From Clostridiales bacterium (GTDB taxonomy: Bacteria; Bacillota; Clostridia; Lachnospirales; Lachnospiraceae), in the NCBI GenBank assembly GCA_029267975.1, contig JAJUHH010000001.1:1-43315 (forward strand): a stretch of 43,315 bases of DNA, written 5' to 3'. This document shows positions 38,218-43,315 of the stretch, one piece after another. Under the pieces are notes generated by a model, which saw only the letters and a list, made by a program, of their open reading frames with translations, was not told the DNA's origin and searched no databases. Within the stretch, counting starts at the first letter, position 1; each line of letters opens with the position of its first letter. The position numbers and the translations under genes were made by a program.

Positions 38218-39819
38218 ATGAAGCTGACATTTTTGGGTGCTACCCATGAAGTGACGGGAAGCTGCTATTTTCTTGAAGCCTGTGGCAAAAATATTCTGAT
38301 TGATTGTGGGATGGAGCAGGGGAGAGATACTTTTGAGAATCAGGAGATCCCTGTACAGGCGGCCAATATTGATGCTGTGCTCTTAACCCATGCTCACATG
38401 GATCATGCCGGAAAGCTTCCCCTTTTAGTAAGTCAGGGCTTTCGGGGAGATATTCACGCAACCTCAGCAACCACTGCCCTATGTAATATCATGCTTCGCG
38501 ACAGCGCTCATATCCAGATCGCAGAAGCAGAATGGAAAAACAGGAAGGGCAAGCGATCAGGAAACGGAAGGGCCGTACCCATCTATACCATGGAGGATAC
38601 CTTGGCCACCATCCGTAGATTTGTGTCCCACGGATATTCTGAAATCTTTCAATTATATGAAGGAATTGAAGTAAGATTCACAGATGTGGGGCATTTGCTC
38701 GGATCTGCCAGTGTGGAGCTTTGGATTACAGAAGGAGAAATATCCAAGAAGCTTGTATTTTCCGGGGATATCGGCAATCGAAATCAGCCTTTAATCAAGG
38801 ATCCCAGCTACATTAAGGAAGCAGACTATGTAATTATGGAATCTACCTATGGAGATCGGGAGCATGGCAAGAGCCCGGATTATATCAAGGAATTGACACA
38901 GATCCTGCAATCCACCTTTGATAAGGGAGGAAATGTAGTTATTCCCTCCTTTGCAGTAGGCAGAACCCAGGTATTACTATATTATTTAAGAAAAATTAAA
39001 GATGATCGTCTGATCAAGGGGCATGGCAACTTTAAGGTTTATGTGGACAGTCCCCTTGCGGTGGAAGCAACACAGATCTTTCGTGATTATATGCTGGGTT
39101 ATTTTGATGAGGATGCCATGGAATTGGTGGAGAAGGGTATCAATCCTTTGTCCTTCCCGGGATTGAAAACCTCAATTACCTCTGACGAATCTAAGGCAAT
39201 TAACTTTGATGAGGATCCCAAGGTTATCATATCCGCTTCCGGTATGTGTGATGCCGGTCGAATTCGCCATCATTTAAAGCATAACCTCTGGCGGGAAAAT
39301 AGTACGATCTTGTTTGTAGGACACCAGTCGGTGGGAAGCTTAGGACGGATTATTCAGGACGGAGCTTCTGAGGTGAAGCTCTTTGGTGAGAGCATTCAAG
39401 TAAAAGCCTCCGTCAGACAATTATCAGGGGTTAGCGGTCATGCAGACCGATCGGGACTGATCAAATGGCTGACCAGCTTTCAGAAGAAGCCGGACCGGGT
39501 CTTTGTTACCCACGGAGATGATCAGGTATGCCAATTATTTACGGAGTATATCAGCAAGGAGCTTGGGTATAAAGCAGTGGCACCCTACAGCGGAGCAAGC
39601 TATGATCTGGCACTCAATACCTTTATCCATGAGGGCAACAGGATACCGGTGGCAGTCAAGGCAGCTTCCACAGGAAAGACTGACTCAGTATTTGAACGAC
39701 TTGTACTCGCTGGTAAGCGTCTGGCAGCTGTGATTCAACACAATAAGGGCGGAGCCAATAAGGATTTAGCCAAGTTTACCAGTCAGATTAATTCTCTTTG
39801 TGATAAATGGGATCGATGA
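38218..39819 (+). CDS. MBL-fold beta-CASP ribonuclease-like protein
   Basis: EVTGSC, THAHMDHAG, GHLLGSA, FSGD, MESTYG, SASGM, SGHAD, THG. Confidence 0.92.
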   Translation: MKLTFLGATHEVTGSCYFLEACGKNILIDCGMEQGRDTFENQEIPVQAANIDAVLLTHAHMDHAGKLPLLVSQGFRGDIHATSATTALCNIMLRDSAHIQIAEAEWKNRKGKRSGNGRAVPIYTMEDTLATIRRFVSHGYSEIFQLYEGIEVRFTDVGHLLGSASVELWITEGEISKKLVFSGDIGNRNQPLIKDPSYIKEADYVIMESTYGDREHGKSPDYIKELTQILQSTFDKGGNVVIPSFAVGRTQVLLYYLRKIKDDRLIKGHGNFKVYVDSPLAVEATQIFRDYMLGYFDEDAMELVEKGINPLSFPGLKTSITSDESKAINFDEDPKVIISASGMCDAGRIRHHLKHNLWRENSTILFVGHQSVGSLGRIIQDGASEVKLFGESIQVKASVRQLSGVSGHADRSGLIKWLTSFQKKPDRVFVTHGDDQVCQLFTEYISKELGYKAVAPYSGASYDLALNTFIHEGNRIPVAVKAASTGKTDSVFERLVLAGKRLAAVIQHNKGGANKDLAKFTSQINSLCDKWDR

Positions 39820-39837
39820 TACTTAGGAGGAAATAAT

Positions 39838-41262
39838 TTGGACCATAAGAACTCAGGATATTTCGGTATTATGAAAAAGGCGACAATTGCATTTGCTATT
39901 GCACTGGTACTCATTTTGCTTTTCTTTTTTTACCTGATGTTTCAATATGCCTATATGAAGAAGGTGGAAGACTATGAGTTCGTGATAGCATCTTCTCTTC
40001 TCGCCTTATTAACCATCTCAATCGTCTTCTTTTTTTATCGGGTTCGAAAGGATATCCTGCTTCCCTACCGTCAGTTTCATAAAAGAATTGAGGATGTAGG
40101 CCTGGATAATTACCTGATATCTTTAATTGAAAATATAAATAAGAATTCCTCCTTTATGGAGATATTGCAATATATTAATAAGACCTTCTCAAGCTTTATT
40201 CCCTATAACTATATTGGTATCGCCTTGATCGATGAGAAGCAGGAGCATCTGAAAGCGTCTTATGGGGTCTCTGACGGTACGATTGTGGGAATGCCCGATA
40301 AGATTATCGGTGTAAACTGGCGTATTGCAGATACCAGCATGGAGAAATTACTGCGGACCGGAGAAGGACGCATTATCAACGATCTGCAGGCTTACTGTAA
40401 GGGCCGCCCCCTAAAGCCCTATAACAAAGTTATTCTGGATGCGGGAATACGGGCCTCCATTACCTTACCCCTGACTGTATCCTGCCAGGCGATCGGTATT
40501 ATCTTCTTCTCAAGTAATAGCAAAAATGTATACACCAATGAACATCTTACCTTTTTAAAGACACTGGCCAATAGTATTGCGATCAGCTTAGATCAGAATA
40601 TACTAATCGATGAAATCCGCTATGGCAGTGTGTTGGCACTGGCGAAATTAGCCGAGACCAGAGATGAGGAAACCGGTGAGCATCTGGAAAGGATGGCTGT
40701 TTATACCCGAGCCATTGCAGAGCTATTATATGCCAGAAATCTTTATCGCGATCAGTTGAATCTGGAATATATTGAGCAATTAGAACGTTATAGTCCTCTC
40801 CATGATATCGGAAAGGTGGGTATCTCAGATAGTATCCTGCTAAAGCCTGGCAAACTGACTCCAGAGGAGTTTAACGAAATGAAGAAGCATACCACCTTCG
40901 GTGCGGAAGTGCTGAGAAGCGCCGGACAGAATATCCAGAAGAAGGGCAGGGATATGTTTCGAATCGGTATTGAGATTGCAGAAAGTCATCATGAGCGTTG
41001 GGATGGCACTGGCTATCCTGCCGGTAAAAAGGGCCTGGAGATTCCCTTGAGTGCCAGGATCGTGGCTTTGGCGGATGTCTTTGATGCACTTGTGAGTACA
41101 CGTCCTTATAAGAAGGCATTTTCCCTGGATACGGCTTTTAAGATGATCGCCGAAGGGCGTGGCAGTCATTTTGATCCGGTAATCGTGGATATTTTTCTTG
41201 AGAATAGAAAGAAATTTGAACACTTGTATTATGAAACCAATCAAATGGAAAAAATATCATAA
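39838..41262 (+). CDS. Membrane-anchored GAF + HD-GYP phosphodiesterase
   Basis: Two N-terminal TM helices, GAF-like region, ETGEH, LHDIGK, HHERWDGTGYP, ADVFDAL..RPYK. Confidence 0.9.
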   Translation: MDHKNSGYFGIMKKATIAFAIALVLILLFFFYLMFQYAYMKKVEDYEFVIASSLLALLTISIVFFFYRVRKDILLPYRQFHKRIEDVGLDNYLISLIENINKNSSFMEILQYINKTFSSFIPYNYIGIALIDEKQEHLKASYGVSDGTIVGMPDKIIGVNWRIADTSMEKLLRTGEGRIINDLQAYCKGRPLKPYNKVILDAGIRASITLPLTVSCQAIGIIFFSSNSKNVYTNEHLTFLKTLANSIAISLDQNILIDEIRYGSVLALAKLAETRDEETGEHLERMAVYTRAIAELLYARNLYRDQLNLEYIEQLERYSPLHDIGKVGISDSILLKPGKLTPEEFNEMKKHTTFGAEVLRSAGQNIQKKGRDMFRIGIEIAESHHERWDGTGYPAGKKGLEIPLSARIVALADVFDALVSTRPYKKAFSLDTAFKMIAEGRGSHFDPVIVDIFLENRKKFEHLYYETNQMEKIS

Positions 41263-41279
41263 AGTCTAAAAAATGGCGT

Positions 41280-41327
41280 AAAAAAGCTTCCGACTTTAAC
41301 TTTCAGGTTTAGGGCGGAAGCTTTTTT
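41280..41327 (+). terminator. Intrinsic terminator
   Basis: AAAAAAGCTTCCG...CGGAAGCTTTTTT. Confidence 0.85.
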
Positions 41328-41488
41328 ATGGTCAAAAGCAAATTAATTGAGACATTACGATTAAAGTATATTAAAAAGTGCCATATGCCGCATGTTTTCA
41401 TTAACCGCATATTTTTATCTGATTTGACACATCCTATAACATAGCTATTATAAAAGTTTTATAAAATTCTTTGGAGGTAGGAAGGTTG

Positions 41489-41710
41489 ATGGAGGACATA
41501 AAGAATGCTAAGGATAACCTGGTTGGCAAGCTAAAAGAGGGTACCGGCCAGCTGCTCAAGGACGATAAGCTTGAATTCAAGGGTAAAATGCAAACGATAA
41601 AGTCCGAAATCGGCAGCAAGGTGGAGGATATGAAGCAAGATGCAGCAGCCAAAGCCAATGATCTCATCGATCATGTAAAGCATGGCAAAAGGGATAACAA
41701 TAAAATGTGA
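41489..41710 (+). CDS. CsbD-family small stress protein
   Basis: KDNLVGKLKEGTG...DDKLEFKGK pattern. Confidence 0.8.
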   Translation: MEDIKNAKDNLVGKLKEGTGQLLKDDKLEFKGKMQTIKSEIGSKVEDMKQDAAAKANDLIDHVKHGKRDNNKM

Positions 41711-41730
41711 GAATAGAAAGGAGCAATTAT

Positions 41731-41997
41731 ATGCCTGAAATAAGTAACTTAATCGTGTGGTTAATTCTGGGAGGTATCTCCGGTTGGATTGCAAGTATGA
41801 TCACCGGAAACAACGAAAGAATGGGTATTGGTTGGAATTTGATTGTAGGTATTGTGGGAGCCTTCATTGGAGGTTGGCTTGCAGGCATATTCGGCCTTGG
41901 ACCTGCTACCGGACTTAATCTGTGGAGTTTCATCGTATCTATTGTGGGTGCGGTAATCCTGCTGGGAATAGTAAGTTTATTCAAGAGGAAATTATAA
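41731..41997 (+). CDS. GlsB/YeaQ/YmgE (transglycosylase-associated) membrane protein
   Basis: WLILGGISGWIAS, NLIVGIVGAFIGGW, SIVGAVILL. Confidence 0.9.
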   Translation: MPEISNLIVWLILGGISGWIASMITGNNERMGIGWNLIVGIVGAFIGGWLAGIFGLGPATGLNLWSFIVSIVGAVILLGIVSLFKRKL

Positions 41998-42019
41998 TAA
42001 AGAGCTGCGAAGAAGCTGA

Positions 42020-42061
42020 CGGGGATACCTGATGCTATGGAATTGGCATCAGGTATCTTCG
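42020..42061. terminator. Hairpin between convergent genes
   Basis: GGGGATACCTGATGC...GCATCAGGTATCTTC. Confidence 0.7.
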
Positions 42062-42074
42062 CTTTATAGCAAGG

Positions 42075-42752
42075 CTACATTCCTTCCGGAGCTCTATATA
42101 AAACCAATTTGCGGCTTTCTATATGATATTCTGTTTCACAGGCATTCGCAATTATCTTACTATGGGTAGCTATTAAAAACTTTATTCCTCTATTCTGATA
42201 ATCCTCAAATATCTTAAGCACTTGATTTTCGGTTTCTTCATCTAATTCACTGGTGGGCTCATCAGCTAAAACATATAAGGGTTCTTTTATTAAAGCACGG
42301 GCTATAGTGATTCGTTGCTTTTCGCCGCCGGACAGAGTAGCAGGATATTCCTTTGATAGATGATTTAGATGAAATGTAGTAAGCACTTCTTCGATTGATG
42401 AGTGAATTTCTTTACGACTGATTTTCAATGCACGCAAAGGAAATGCTAGATTCTCATAAATGGTTCTATCCTCAAGCAGCTTAAAATCCTGTGAAACCAT
42501 GCTAATATTTTTAAATCTATAATCAGCCATGGAAGTTCTACTTTTTTGTAATAAATTCTCTCTGAAAAAATATTGACCATCATAATCAATATCCAATCCT
42601 GATAAAATTGATAAAAGCGTTGTTTTACCGCTCCCGCTTCTTCCGCACAAGGCAACAGATTTATAGTTGCTAAAATCGAAGGATGTATCGTCAAATATTA
42701 TCTGTTCATTACTTTTACTATAGTATTTCTTTGTTAAATTCTCTATTTTCAT
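42075..42752 (-). CDS. ABC transporter ATP-binding protein (LolD/MacB-like), AT-rich
   Basis: GRSGSGKT, LSGGEKQR, LADEPT, ATH. Confidence 0.9.
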   Translation of the reverse strand: MKIENLTKKYYSKSNEQIIFDDTSFDFSNYKSVALCGRSGSGKTTLLSILSGLDIDYDGQYFFRENLLQKSRTSMADYRFKNISMVSQDFKLLEDRTIYENLAFPLRALKISRKEIHSSIEEVLTTFHLNHLSKEYPATLSGGEKQRITIARALIKEPLYVLADEPTSELDEETENQVLKIFEDYQNRGIKFLIATHSKIIANACETEYHIESRKLVLYRAPEGM

Positions 42753-42763
42753 AGTATATCCCC

Positions 42764-43315
42764 TTACTTTATGTGTCTTTTGCTTAATTGGATACTAATA
42801 TTACAAATGAAATAAATAATTAATAGTATGAGTCCAGAACTTAAAATTGATAGAATTACAAATTCAGCAGCATATAATCTAAAAAAGTAAAACGACACCA
42901 TATATGATATGAGGTAAGATGGAAATAACATATATTTCATGTCATTATGAAAAGAAGAAATACCTATTTCTTCACATAATTTATAGTAATTACTCCGGCG
43001 CTTCCAAATAGTAAATGAGATGCTATATTGTACAATGATTGAAAATAATATAGCTAATATCATAAATATAATTAATAAACTTTTATTTGCCACAATGATT
43101 GAAGCTATCTGCGAATATCGAACTGAAAAAATCGAATGACCAATTAATAGATGATCATAAAATCCTGTTAGATAGCTTATTTTATCAAGCATTGCTTTCA
43201 AACCACTTTCATCAGAAGATGTAGCGATATAAGAATTAATCATTGCAAAATATAATATCCCTTTAAAAGACAATCCTTCTTTATCAGGTGATACTATATC
43301 ACTACATCTATAAGG
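42764..43315 (-). CDS. AT-rich membrane protein (probable ABC permease); 5' end lies beyond the window
   Basis: Frame is open to the window edge; three C-terminal hydrophobic helices; 11 bp from the ATPase gene. Confidence 0.7.
   Translation of the reverse strand, partial: PYRCSDIVSPDKEGLSFKGILYFAMINSYIATSSDESGLKAMLDKISYLTGFYDHLLIGHSIFSVRYSQIASIIVANKSLLIIFMILAILFSIIVQYSISFTIWKRRSNYYKLCEEIGISSFHNDMKYMLFPSYLISYMVSFYFFRLYAAEFVILSILSSGLILLIIYFICNISIQLSKRHIK

Overview
Ordinary-looking chromosomal segment of a spore-forming clostridial Firmicute (Lachnospiraceae-like; inferred from gene content, RBS and promoter style). No rRNA, tRNA, CRISPR array, integrase or transposase was seen. Left to right: DUF2752 and SIMPL genes; a 2-oxoacid:ferredoxin oxidoreductase alpha/beta plus rubrerythrin operon with a PerR-type palindrome; a Ca2+/H+ antiporter; a degenerate rubrerythrin; a GH2 beta-galactosidase divergent from AraC-pdxA2; a glycan locus (AraC-GH39 fusion divergent from an Opp/Dpp-family ABC transporter and a GH3); murI; a flavin amine oxidase; xpt plus a BMP-family purine/nucleoside ABC transporter; TetR plus a CrtI-like oxidoreductase divergent from a Mef-like MFS; trxA, Crp/Fnr, AlkD-like, beta-CASP and GAF-HD-GYP genes; csbD and ymgE-like genes; and the edge of an AT-rich ABC/membrane-protein island. 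The best candidate for an undescribed system is the AraC regulator whose fused GH39 domain has lost its acid/base Glu (WNEP to WNAP) but keeps the nucleophile. It faces an oligosaccharide importer with a four-way-junction leader and an enlarged permease. Other oddities are a 5 x 18-bp repeat array in the MFS leader, a ~170-210 nt rod-like inverted repeat, and a rubrerythrin missing most di-iron ligands. All calls come from motif recognition by eye; no database searches were run.
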